A stretch of 64,000 bases of DNA, from positions 26,784,001-26,848,000 of the forward strand of contig OX597818.1 of NCBI GenBank assembly GCA_951406725.2. The letters are read 5' to 3'. The notes beneath the pieces are model-generated. The model was not told the DNA's origin, searched no databases, and saw only the letters and a list, made by a program, of their open reading frames with translations. Below, piece after piece: positions 39,455 through 56,714 of the stretch. Origin of the DNA: Octopus vulgaris (lineage: Eukaryota). Made by a program: the position numbers and the translations under genes. Position 1 is the first letter of the stretch. The number at the start of each line of letters is the position of its first letter.

Positions 39455-41460
39455 CTAGCAAATGCACCCAGTTTAAGTTGCTTTGGTGGTATTTTTTTCA
39501 CCAAATAATTGAACTCCCGAGAAGGTTTATGAATAGCATAGCAAGCTATGTTTCCAATTAACTTAAGAACAGAAAACCAAATTGAAGGCTGGTTATTGTG
39601 GAGTTTAATGATCATAGAACATATAAGTTTGCAAGCAATGCAAAGTAGTGCTACTGAAGTGTTTTGGGAGCAGATTATGGATAATGACTACAAAACATAG
39701 TTGTTTTACATGAAAGTGAAATTTCTTGTCAGAATCAACTACATAAATGGTGTAAGGAAATAGAAGGAAGACATTGAAACTTCTCTGTGAGTTTATTTTA
39801 TTCAACACCAAAGGGAGCTATATATTTTTTTTTTTAAGATAAGTATCATTGGTACATTAAAAATGGCAATATGATACCTACTTGAAAAAGTAGAGTTAAA
39901 GGAATGTATTTGCTACATGCTAACAGTATACAACTACTATGAAATTGACTTCAAGTAACTAAAAATGAAGACATGAAGAGTTTGACTCCAGTTCACAAAT
40001 ACTGCTTTGAATCTTTAGCAGTTCGCAGTGGAAAGATGTCACATTGAAAGGCAGACAGATAAATGTGAAGTTGTAATGACAGTAAAAGTGAGCAGGATAC
40101 ATGTATATACATACTCAAAATAACCAGTATGAGTCTTATTGTGAGCAGAGAATTAACTTAGAGTTGTCCCCCTGCATATAACGACAGTCATTAATGAGCT
40201 ATCATGAAGGATTGAAAAGGATCAGGTCCACCGGTAACGTACAATGGAAATTGGAGAATGGTTGCATTGTATTTAAGTTTTTAGCCATTCAGACCAAAGT
40301 CAGAATGTTGCCCAGTCCACACCACAAGGATGTAAACTCTTGGGGACCCTCACACGCCATCCCATGTCAGTGTGTCAAAACAGCTGCTAAAGAGTTGACA
40401 TGAAAAAGTATGTTGATGTATTGGTGAAGGAGGTAGCCATGTAGTTGTCGGTGTTGCTTTATTGGGATGGCAGAGCACAACTACAATTTCGTCATTTTGG
40501 GGCTGGTTAAAGCATCCTCGGTACTCTCTGATAGGTGTTCAGTCACTCTTATGGTAACTTCGAAGTTGTGCTCATCTGTATGTCAGTGTTATATACCAGT
40601 TTTGAAATCCCTCACATATTGGTTGGTGGTGTGGAACATTTCCTGAAGTTCATTCAAAAGAGGCATTTTTGTTCCAGGTGCCACCTGACCTCAGCAAGCC
40701 TTTTGCTCAGTGGTATCTCCCATGAAGTAAATTTGAAGAAATCAGTGTTCAGCATTATTGACAGGAAGAATAGAGCTGATCCGATGATAGGTTTGGCCCT
40801 GAATTTTGAACGTTGGCATATAGGAGTCTTCATGAATGGGTTTGTGACCAAAACTTGTCATCTGGAAGGCAGAGTTATTAGCACTAGTTTTCTGTATAAA
40901 TTGCTGCAAATCAGGAGTACAGAGAGCATAGGCTGAGGAGTGTTTTGCAGGTGAGGCAAGTGAACCTTTCAGTTTGAGCAGTATAGGCCACTGGATTCTC
41001 CAACCCACTTGAGGGCCTTGCAAAATGGACATATTACAGACATATCCCCGCAACAGTCTCTTGATGAGTGGCATAATCCTTGGCAGGATTATAGTTAAGT
41101 GCTTTTCGTGCCCATCGACTACTCGATGGCTTCCAATAGCCATGGGCAAGAGCCTTCCGGTGAACATTAGACTGCAGTCTCATTATCCGATGGTTATCGT
41201 CATCTGCCAACCTTGCAATAGAAGTGGATGTGGCATTGCATGCCCAGTGGATAGCACTTTTTTGTTTGGTTTCTGCAACCCTTACGTCAGCTACACACAC
41301 CTGATAGGTTTCATGCTGCTCTGGAGTAGTTACAGCTCTAGCAGCAACAGCTTTTCTCAAAAGTCTACAGGACCTCCGTTCCTCAGTTTCCTTAGCCTGC
41401 TAGCACTGCTGTTTTGCCAATATGTGTTCACTTTTTAGGTGGGATGCTTGTATTATCTGG
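39455..41460 (-). mobile_element. Degenerate, internally deleted Helitron
   Basis: ORFs at 40654-41360 contain NSAFQMTSFG and MPTFKIQGQTYHRISSILP. A minus-strand 3' CTAG|T end lies at 39455. The right boundary is approximate. Confidence 0.75.
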
Positions 41461-42030
41461 AAAAGGAAAATGGGTTTTAGTGTACCAAGTGATTATTGAT
41501 TCTATTATAAGCTAACAAAAACCCCTTTAGTCTGTCTTCACATAAAGTAATGGCAAATGCTGCATAAAGTGAAGTTGGTATGGAGCTTTCTGAAAGATAT
41601 GTATAGCTTTCACTAGTGGAAGCAAAACTCTTATTTAAAGGTTGATTCTGGAGAGAAATTCTTCTCACAGACAATCATCATCATCATCATCCTCATCATC
41701 ATTGTTTAACGTCCTCTTTCCATGCCAGGCATAGAAGCATCATTGTCAATTTCTACAAGGGTAAAGCTGATGCACTATACAGAAGATATTACAGAAGTAT
41801 AACATTGTTATGAAAAATTTGGAATGAGTCATTCATTTGATTAGAAAGAGAATTAACCTAAGTGTATGTGTGAGTTCTTAAACACTTTTTAGCTGTTACT
41901 TTATGCTGTGTTTCATACACGTGTTTTGGGCACACACATATACACACACATACACTATCTCATGTCACAATTACATTGATGTTCAGATAATCATTATTAA
42001 AGTAAGTCCCCCTCTTTTCTTATTATGTAG

Positions 42031-42149
42031 GAACCATTGCATGTCCTGGCACCATACAGCTACGAGCTGCTGACATCAAGTACCGACTACTTAAATCTGG
42101 AGCAAAATGCATTGTGGCCAGTGATGAAACACGCTCTTTTATAGATGAG
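42031..42149 (+). CDS. ACSM3-like: ACSM3-like exon 4
   Basis: atgtAG|GA...GAG|GTAACA, 119 nt, phase 1 to 0. Encodes GTIACPGTIQLRAADIKYRLLKSGAKCIVASDETRSFIDE (PGTxQL, DIxYRL). Confidence 0.95.
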
Positions 42150-42275
42150 GTAACAGTTTCACAGCCATAAAGTACCACTCACTTAAACCCCACGGTATAG
42201 AAACTGGACAGAAGTTGTACAGTATGCCACTCAAATATTTGTAGTTCTAACTATGTAATATATATATATATATAT

Positions 42276-42801
42276 AATTAATAGAATGAGATAAAAATCC
42301 AAGGCTGTGAAAGATTTCAGAACAGTTATAAAGAGAAGGTCTTACAGTTGTTTCCAAGATATTTTATATATCTATTCAGTGGAGACGGTGTGAGAAAATA
42401 GTTAAGCAATAGTTATTCTAGAGAAGATATGAAATAGAGAGTGAAGTGTAGGAATGAAAACAGACGTGAGATATGCAGGGATATTGTATCTGCAGATCCA
42501 TTATTTAAGCAGAATGGTATACAAATAACTTTCCTGTACTTTGTGTGTATACTATTGGAACTTACACACAAGGTACAGGAAACTTATATGTATACCATTC
42601 TCTGCATATCTCATGTCTGATTTCATTCCTCTATTTCACTCTCTATTTCATATCTTCTCTAGAATAATTATAGCTTCACCATTTTCTCACACCGTCTCCG
42701 ATGAAGGGATATATAAAATATCCCAGAAACAGCTGTAAGACCTCTTTATAAATGTTCTGAAATCTTTCACTGCCTTGGATTTTTATCTCATTCTGTTAAT
42801 T
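42276..42801. repeat. ~525 bp imperfect palindrome (foldback)
   Basis: 42276-42548 is the reverse complement of 42562-42801, with mismatches and a ~30-nt bulge. The central loop is ~13 nt. Confidence 0.9.
42694..42741 (+). ncRNA. Minimal type I hammerhead ribozyme-like motif
   Basis: GTCT-CCGATGA-A-GGGATAT(ATAAA)ATATCCC-A-GAAAC-AGCT-GTA-AGAC. It has stem I, a core with a U4C variant, a 7-bp stem II, a palindromic stem III and a GUA cleavage triplet. Confidence 0.6.
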
Positions 42802-43089
42802 TTTTATATATAAGCATGCTGATATATGACCTATGTTGGACTCATTCGCATAATCACCGAACCTGGAGCTTAACTATAGACTAACTCAGCATTACTTAAC
42901 ACCTTTGGGTCTTCTTCACACCATTAGCTCTAATAACCTCAATATATATCTGACACCATTAACTCTAATAACCTCAATATATATCCAACGGCCAGATAAC
43001 TGAGATGGCGGTGTGGATTTCCACCTCAGCATCCAAAACTCGGGATTTTATCATAGTTACCGAATAATTGTCACATATTACATTTCCAG

Positions 43090-48228
<5,139 letters not shown>

Positions 48229-48292
48229 CATGTTGATTTGCTAGCCTCTGCACGCATTTTTTTTCTTTCTTTCTGTGTTTCTTCTCTGTGTA

Positions 48293-48330
48293 TCTTTCTG
48301 TTGTAGAGCGTAGGCTCGAAACGTTAAAGA
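48293..48330 (+). ncRNA. Degenerate minimal hammerhead-like motif
   Basis: TCTTT-CTGTTGT-A-GAGC(GTAG)GCTC-GAAAC-GTT-AAAGA. The topology is that of a PLE-type minimal hammerhead, but the core deviates from CUGANGA at two positions. Confidence 0.45.
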
Positions 48331-48459
48331 CTTGTTTTATTTATATTTCCTGAGCGCCATACTAATACAATTGTTTGTTTGTATTCCACCTGCCTTTGTC
48401 TTTTGTTTATTTCCGTAAACCTGACTTCGTCTTTTGTCTATTTTCATAAAGCTTCCCGT

Positions 48460-48509
<50 letters not shown>

Positions 48510-48540
48510 TATACATATATACAGATATATATATATAGAT

Positions 48541-50452
48541 ATCATCATCATCATCATCATCGTTTAACGTCCGTTCTCCATGCTAGCATGGGTTGGACGG
48601 TTCGACCGGGGTTCTGGGAAGCCAGAAGGCTGCACCAGGCTCCAGTCTAAATTTGGCAATGTTTCTACAGCTGGATGCCCTTCCTAACGCCAACCACTCC
48701 GTGAGTGTAGTGGGTGCTTTTTACGTGCCACCTGCACAGGTGCCAGGCGGGGCTGGCAACGGCCACGGTCAGATTGGTGTATTTTATGTGCCACCGGCAC
48801 GGAAGCCAGTCGAGGCGGTGCTGGCATCGGCCACGAGTCGGATAGTGCTTTTTACGTACCACCAGACCAGGGATCCTGGCTGGTTCAATTTGATTTCGAT
48901 TTCGCTTGCCCCAACATGTCTTCACAAGCAAAGGGGTTGGCAAGGGTGCCTGTCGTACGGTCGCATTGGAGTATTTTACGTGCCACGGCCACGAGTCGGA
49001 TAGTGCTTTTTACGTACCACCAGGCCAGGGATCCTGGCTGGTTCAATTCGGTTTCGATTTCGATTTCGCTTGCCCCAACATGTCTTCGCAAGCATGGGGG
49101 GTTGGCATGGGTGTCTGTCGTCGGATGAGGTTCTATATCGACTTCGCTTGCCTCAACCGGTCTTTGTGTCCAAGGGAGGAAAGGCATTCATAAGTGGGCT
49201 GGGCTCACTTGTCCTGCCTGGTCTTCTCACGTACAGAATATTTCCAAAGGTCTCGGTCTCTGGTCATTTCCTCAGTGAGGCCTAAAGTTCGATGGTCGTG
49301 CTTCACCACCTCGTCCCAGGTTTTCCTGGGTCTACCTCTTCCACGGGTTCCCTCAACTGCTAGGGATTGGCACTTTCTCACACACCTATCTTCATCCATT
49401 CTCGCCACATGACCATACCAGCGCAATCGTCTCTCTTGCACACCACAACTGATGCTTCTTAGGAACAACATTTCTCTCAAGGTGCTAACGCTCTGTCGAG
49501 TATGTACACTGACATTACACATCCATCGGAGCATACTGGCTTCATTCCTCACGAGCTTACGCATGTCCTCAGCAGTCACGGCCCATGTTTCGCTGCCATG
49601 TAGCATGGCTGTTCGTACACACGCATCATACAGTCTGCCTTTTACTCTGAGCGAGAGGCCTTTAGTCACCAGCAGAGGTAAGAGCTCCCTAAACTTTGCC
49701 CAGGCTATTCTTATTCTAGCAGTTACACTTTCAGCGCACCCACCCCCACTACTGACTTGGTCACCTAGATAACGGAAGCTATCAACTACTTCTAGTTTTT
49801 CCCCCTGGAAAGTGACGGAAGTTGTTTTCTGCAGATTTTCGGAGGTTAATGCTCCCGAGCATCTGCCACATACAAAAACTATCTTCCCAGTTAGCCTACC
49901 TTTGACATTGCTGCACCTCTTATGTGTCCATAGCTTACACTGGGTACATCTTATAGAGTTTCTACCTACACCTTTTCTACAGATCGAGCAGGGCCATCTT
50001 CCTGAAGATATTTGTGGATTGTCTACCTTTCTACTTATTAGTACTTTGGTTTTAGCTAGGTTGACTCTAAGGCCCCTTGATTCTAAACCCTCCTTCCACA
50101 CCTGGAACTTCTCCTCCAGTTCTGATAGTGACTCAGCAATAAGAGCAAGGTCGTCAGCATAGAGGAGCTCCCAGGGACAGCCTGTCTTGAATTCCTCCGT
50201 AATTGCCTGGAGTACTATGATAAATAGGAGGGGGCTGAGTACTGAACCCTGGTGGACCCCAACCTCTACTTTGAATTCTTCTGTGTACATGTTGCCAACC
50301 CTAACCTTACTTACGGCATCTCTGTACATGGCTTGCACAGTCCTCACCAGCCATTCATCTATCCCTAGTTTCCTCATTGACCACCAGATAAGGGATCGGG
50401 GGACCCTATCAAAAGCTTTCTCCATGTCAACGAAAGCCAGGTACAGGGGCTT
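48541..50452 (-). mobile_element. Young 5'-truncated RTE-clade LINE (RT C-terminal part, 3' UTR, (GAT)n tail)
   Basis: Uninterrupted ORF from ~50452 to 49205 with [46 protein letters not shown] and RGRGRPRKTW. The 3' UTR has internal tandem repeats, and the tail (CAT)n lies at 48541-48560 on +. Confidence 0.93.
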
Positions 50453-50454
50453 AT

Positions 50455-51290
50455 ATAGATATATGTATATATATATAGATATATGCATATATATAGATAT
50501 GAGTATGTATATATATATAGAGATATATGCATATATATAGATATGAGTATGTATATATATATAGAGATATATGCATATATATAGATATGAGTATATATAC
50601 AGATATATATATAGATATATGCATATATATAGATATATGAGTATATATATATACAGATATATATATAGATATATGCATATATATATATAGAGATATGAGT
50701 ATATATATATATACAGATATATATATAGATATATGCATATATATAGATATAGTATATATATATACAGATATATCTATATAGATATATGCATATATATAGA
50801 TATGAGTATATATACAGATATATATATAGATATATGCATATATATAGATATGTGTATATATATATATATACAGATAGATATATGTATATATATATAGATA
50901 TATGCATATATATAGATATGAGTATGTATATATATATAGAGATATATGCATATATATAGATATGAGTATGTATATATATATAGAGATATATGCATATATA
51001 TAGATATGAGTATATATACAGATATATATATAGATATATGCATATATATAGATATATGAGTATATATATATACAGATATATATATAGATATATGCATATA
51101 TATATATAGAGATATGAGTATATATATATATACAGATATATATATAGATATATGCATATATATAGATATGAGTATATATATATACAGATATATCTATATA
51201 GATATATGCATATATATAGATATGTATATATATATATATACAGATATATATATAGATATATGCATATATATATAGATATGTATATATATA
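50455..51290. repeat. TA-derived minisatellite with higher-order units
   Basis: Recurring unit like ATATATAGATATATGCATATATATAGATATGAGTATATATATACAG, repeated more than 15 times with variants. Confidence 0.9.
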
Positions 51291-51492
51291 TATATATACA
51301 ATAATATATATATTATATTTGGAATAATTATATATACATATATATAGTCTTCGGCATATATAGCCTCATATACACATACATATACATATATACAAGAGAG
51401 AAGGAGACACTGATGGTCCTTTGGTAAACTTTCATCCTCAGCCGCTTGGACTAGTGCTCCCAACTATGGTCACCACACAATATAAAGCTAAC

Positions 51493-51892
51493 AGCCTGGG
51501 TACATCTTATAGAGTTTCTACCTACACCTTTTCTACAGATCAAGCAAGGCCATCTACTTGAAGGGATTTGTGGTTTGCCTGCCTTCCTACTTATTAGGAC
51601 TTTGGTTTTATCTAGGTTGACTCTAAGGCCCTTCGATTCTAATCCTTGTTTCCACACTTGAAACTTCTCCTCTGGTTCTGATAGTGACTCAGCAATTAGA
51701 GCAAGGTCGTCAGCATAGAGGAGCTCCCAGGGGCATCATGTCTTGAATTCCTCTGTTATTGCCTGGAGGACTATGATAAATAGGAGGGGGCTGAAGACTG
51801 AACCTTGGTGGGCCCCTACCTCTACCCAGAATTCTTCACTATACTTGTGGAAACTCTCATATTACTGACAGTGTCCCTATTCATGGCTTGCA
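51493..51892 (-). mobile_element. Older RTE RT fragment
   Basis: Similar to 49940-50340 (YADD region and start of the PHD-like finger), with indels. Confidence 0.85.
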
Positions 51893-52037
51893 CACACACA
51901 TATATATATACATACACACACACACACACATATATTTACATTAATATGCATACATATATATACATATACATACGTATATATACATACATATACATACGTA
52001 TATATACATACATATATACATACATACATATATATAT

Positions 52038-52069
<32 letters not shown>

Positions 52070-52505
52070 GATATATATACATATATATATACATATATAT
52101 ACACATATACATATACACACATATATATATACATATATATACATATATATATATACATATTTATACATATACATACATATACATATATTTATACATATAC
52201 ATACATATATATATTTATACATATATATATACATATATATTTATACATATATATATACATATATATATATACATACATATACATATATACACATATATAC
52301 ACACATATATATATATACATATATACACACACACACATATATATACATATACACACACACACACACACATATATATATACACATATACATATATATACAC
52401 ACATATATATATATATATACATTTACATATATATACATATATATATAAATACATATATATATATACATATACACACATATAGATGTGTGTATGTGTGTGT
52501 CTGTG
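51893..52505. repeat. (TA)/(CA)/(TACA) microsatellite
   Basis: Directly visible. Confidence 0.9.
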
Positions 52506-52555
52506 TCTCTCCCTCCATCATCACTTGACAACCAATGCTGGTGTATTTTACGTCC

Positions 52556-54245
52556 CTGTGCAGGAGAAATATCTAGCCAAAGATAAACCTCTGTATTTGG
52601 CTTTTGTTGGCTTGCAGAAAGCCTTTGACAGGGTCCCCTGATCCCTTATCTGGTGTTCAGTGTGGAAACTGGGGATAGATGAATGTTTGGTAAGAGCTGT
52701 ACAAGCCTTGTACAAAAATACTGTCAATAAGTTGAGTGTTGGCAATAAGTATAGTGAAGTATTCTGGGTAGAGGTAGGGGTTCTCCAAGAAGCAGTCCTA
52801 ACCACCCCTCTTATTCATCATAGTCCTCCAGGAAATAGTAGAGGAATTCAAGACAGGCTGCCCCTGGGAGTTCCTCTATGCTGATGACCTTCATCTAATA
52901 GTCGAGTCACTGCCAGAACTAGAGACGAAGTTTACGGTGTGGAAGCAAGTTCTAGAATCGAAGGGCTTTAGAGTTATCCTAGCAAAAACCAAAGTCTAAG
53001 TAAGTAGGAAGGCTGTCAAATCACAAATCGCTTCAAGTAGATGGCCCTGCTCAATCAGTAGAAAAGGCATGGGTAGAAACTCCACATGATGTGCCCAGTG
53101 TAAGCTATGGACACATAAAACATGCAGCAATATCAAAGGAAGTTTAACTGGGAAAACAGTTTTTGTGTGTGGCAGATGCACAGGGGCAATAAACGTTGAA
53201 GATATACAGAAAACAGATTCCATCATATGCCAGGGGATAAAACCAGAGGTAGTTGATAGCTTCTGCTACCTAGGCGACCATGTCTGTAGTGGGAGTGGTT
53301 GCTCTGAAAGTGTAGCAGCTAGAATAAGAAAAACCTGGACAGAGTTGCCTCTGCTGACAACTAAGGACCTCTCGCTCAGGATGTAAGGTAGACTGTATGA
53401 TGCATGTATGTGAACTGCCATGCTACACAGCAGTGAAACATGGGCCATGACTGCTGAGGACATGCATAGGCTAGAAAGAAATGAAGCTAGTATGATCCGC
53501 TGGATGTGTAATGTCAGTGTGCATACATGACAGTGTGAGAGCCCCGAGAAGAAAGTTGGACATAAGAACCATCAGATGTGGTGTGCAAGAGAGATGACTG
53601 CACTGGTATGGTTGTGTGTCACATATGAATGAGGACAGCTGTGTGAGAAGGTGCCACACCCTAACTGTGGAAGGAACCTGTGGAAGAAGTAGACCCAGGA
53701 AGACATTTGATGAGGTGGTGAAGCACAACCTTTGAACATTGGACCTTACAGAGGCAATGACAGGAGACCGAGACCTTTGGAGATATGTTATGATTGAGAA
53801 GACTCAGCAACAAAAGTGAGCATGTCTGGCCCATTTAAGAGTACCTTTGATGCGTCTGGCGATATGATATGCTTCAGAAGACCTGTTGAGTCAAGAAAAA
53901 CCTGAATCATAGCTGTGGCCAGTGCCACCTGACTGGCTCCCATTCCTGTGGCATGTAAGATGTATCATCCAAGTCCCGTGCCAGTGGCATGTAAAAAGCA
54001 CCATCCGAACGTGGTCGATGCCACGTCCACCTGACTGGTTCCTGTGCCAGTGACGTGTAAAAAGCACCATCTGAGCATGGCTGATGCCAGTACCCCCTGA
54101 CTGGCTCCCATGCTGGTGGCTCATAAAAAGTACTATCCGAGAGTGATGGTAGGCCTGCCTGACTGGCTCCTGTGCCAGTAACATGTAAAAAGCACCCACT
54201 ACACTCTGGGAGTGGTTGGAATTAGGAAGGACATCCAGCTGTAGA
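52556..54245 (+). mobile_element. Degenerate 5'-truncated RTE LINE with 3' UTR
   Basis: Same family as 48541-50452 in the opposite orientation ([21 protein letters not shown]), with several stops and frameshifts. Confidence 0.9.
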
Positions 54246-54756
54246 AAAAAGTGATTGGAACTTTCATATTAAGCATTGCTCTTCTGTGAAATATTTATAT
54301 AAAATCCAGTGAATTATACACTAATCTATAACATAAACTGTTTATTTTAATATCAACCTTTTATAGCTCATATTACAGATCATAGTGTTAAAATAATTTG
54401 TTTGTTTGTTTTTTTAATCTCTAATCTTCTTACTACTATTAATTAAATTCAACCACAAATCATAATAATACCTTTAACATTCAAACCAGTTATATCTGGT
54501 CCAAATATTCTACCTGTTTAATGTTGAAACTGGCCAGATCCAGCCACTCACTCCTATCCTACAATATCATTTTAGAAATAAACAATCACATCTTCAAAAT
54601 CTTGTAGCTACAAGACAATATATGATGAATTTTAAAAATGTGGATAAATAGGTATTATGCTTGATAAATAAAACTGAATGCTAAAGGATTAAACTCTAAA
54701 CTATTTATGCCCTTCATCCACAGTTGACAGTTTTAAATGACTGCTTTCTTCTTCAG

Positions 54757-54818
54757 TGTGCTGATAGTTGTCCTGATCTGAAGAAAAAGTTATATGTTGG
54801 TTCACAATCAAGCAAGTG
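54757..54818 (+). CDS. ACSM3-like: ACSM3-like exon 5 (62 nt)
   Basis: ttcttcAG|TGT...AAGTG|GTAAAT. Encodes CADSCPDLKKKLYVGSQSSK (ACSM CPxLxxKL). Phase 0 to 2 fits both neighbouring exons. An alternative donor 3 nt upstream is possible. Confidence 0.85.
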
Positions 54819-55039
54819 GTAAATATTAAAATTATAATCTTTTACGAAATAATAAAAACAGTATGCTTATGATATCTATCAATATATCTATAAATATTGT
54901 AAGCCTCTTCAGATACATTTTATTTAACAGATCTCTTCTCCTAAGTATATCTTTTTCTTTATAATTTGCTTTATTATTCTATTGAAGCAGATCAATGAAA
55001 GTACATGAGTGGTTGTTATTATTATTATTATTATTATTA

Positions 55040-55980
55040 TTTTGTCTGCTGTTATGTTGTGAGTTCAAATTCCGTCAATGTCAACTTTTACTTTCATCCT
55101 TTCGGGGTCAATAAAATAAGTACCAGTTCTGTACTCGAGTCGATGTAATCAACTACCCCCACCACCACCACACACACCAAATTTCAGGCCTTGTGCCTAT
55201 AGTAGAAAAGATTATTATTATTATTATCATTTCATCTGCGCTACATTCTGAGTTCAAATTCTGCTGAGGTTGACTTTGCCTTTCATCCTTTCGGTTTCAA
55301 TAAATTAAGTACCGGTGAAACACTGGAGTCGATGTAATCAACATGTCCCCACTCCCACAATTCAGGCCTTGTGCCTATGTGCCTACAGTAGAAAGGATTA
55401 TCATCATCATCATCATCATCATAAAGGCAGTGAACTGGCAGAATCCTGGAGCACCAGGGAAAATGTTGCAAAGCATCACATAGGAAATATAATAATGGCT
55501 TCAAATTTTGGCATGAGGAAGATAATAATGATGATGATGATAATAATAATAATAACAATAATAATAATAATAATAATAATCCTTTCTACTATAGGCTCAT
55601 GATTTGAAATTTGGTTGGAGGAGGCTAGTTGATTAGATTGACCTCAGTGTTCAGCTGGTACTTATTTTATTGACTCTGAAAGGATGGAATGTCAAGTTGA
55701 CCTCAACGGAATTTGAACTCAGAATATAAAGATGGACGAAATATTGCTAAGCGTTTTTCCCGGTGTGCTAATGTTTCTGCCAGCTTGCCACCCTAATAAT
55801 AATAATGATGATGATGATTTCAAATTTTGGCACAAGGCCAGCAATTTTGAGAGGGCGTTAGTCAATTCCATCAACCCCTGTACTCAACAGGTACTTATTT
55901 TATCGAGTCCAATAAGATAAAAGGCAAAGTTGACCTCAGTGAAATTTGAACCCAGGATGGTAAGAGCTTGAAGAAATGTC
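55040..55980. repeat. Cluster of four SINE fragments (two +, two -) separated by (ATT)n/(AAT)n/(CAT)n
   Basis: The core TTGCCTTTCATCCTTTCGG..AATAAA..AAGTACC occurs in both orientations. Same family at 12280-12500 and 14730-14885. Confidence 0.7.
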
Positions 55981-56559
55981 ACTTCATAATGATAAACAGC
56001 TTATTATATACAGTATTCAGGTCCATTATTCTGTATAATCAATTTGAGAAAGAGGAAATAAAAAAGATTAAATGTTTCCGCTTTTCTTTGTAAATTTTCT
56101 GAAAACTTGATTTAAAAATGACCATTGCCATAACATTGTACAAAAATAAGTTAACAAAAGATTTTCTGTGTGATTGCCTGACCTGCTAGAAGTGGCAGCC
56201 AAATTTAACCTCAATTTACACTCCACTAATGGAAGGGCATATTAGAAAATTTAATCTTGGCTATATTATGTCTAGGATGGTCAAGACTGACTTGGGGTTA
56301 AACAATAACAACATTGCATAAAATCATGTACAACATTGATTTTCCAGAACCTTTGGTTTCAAAGCCTTTCCAGATTACTAATTTTTTCAAAGTAGAGGTA
56401 GTCGCCTTTAAATTGAACAAATATCAAATTTACTTAGAGTGTGGTAAGAAGCTTACTTCCCAACCACATGGTACCTTGTGCAACTGTCTGCTACACTAGC
56501 CTCGAGTTCAACCAAAGCCTTGTGAGTGTATTTGGTAGATGGAAACTGAAAGAAGCCTG

Positions 56560-56649
<90 letters not shown>

Positions 56650-56714
56650 GTCGCAAATGCCTTAATCTTGCCTTTAGGCTCTAATTGCTAATAAGCCACC
56701 CTTTTAATTTGTTA

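Noticed and set aside
50453-50488. Start Met of the 427-aa RT ORF ([12 protein letters not shown])
   Set aside because: It comes from the flanking TA repeat. The LINE is 5'-truncated and lacks the endonuclease and the RT N-terminus, so it is not an autonomous gene.
50374-52531. IY/H-rich ORFs
   Set aside because: Minisatellite and microsatellite translations.
53900-54200. ~55-bp repeats with a spaced appearance (also 29700-29990, 38850-39040, 48715-48860), superficially CRISPR-like
   Set aside because: They are degenerate tandem subrepeats of the RTE 3' UTR in a eukaryotic intron, with no unique spacers and no cas genes.
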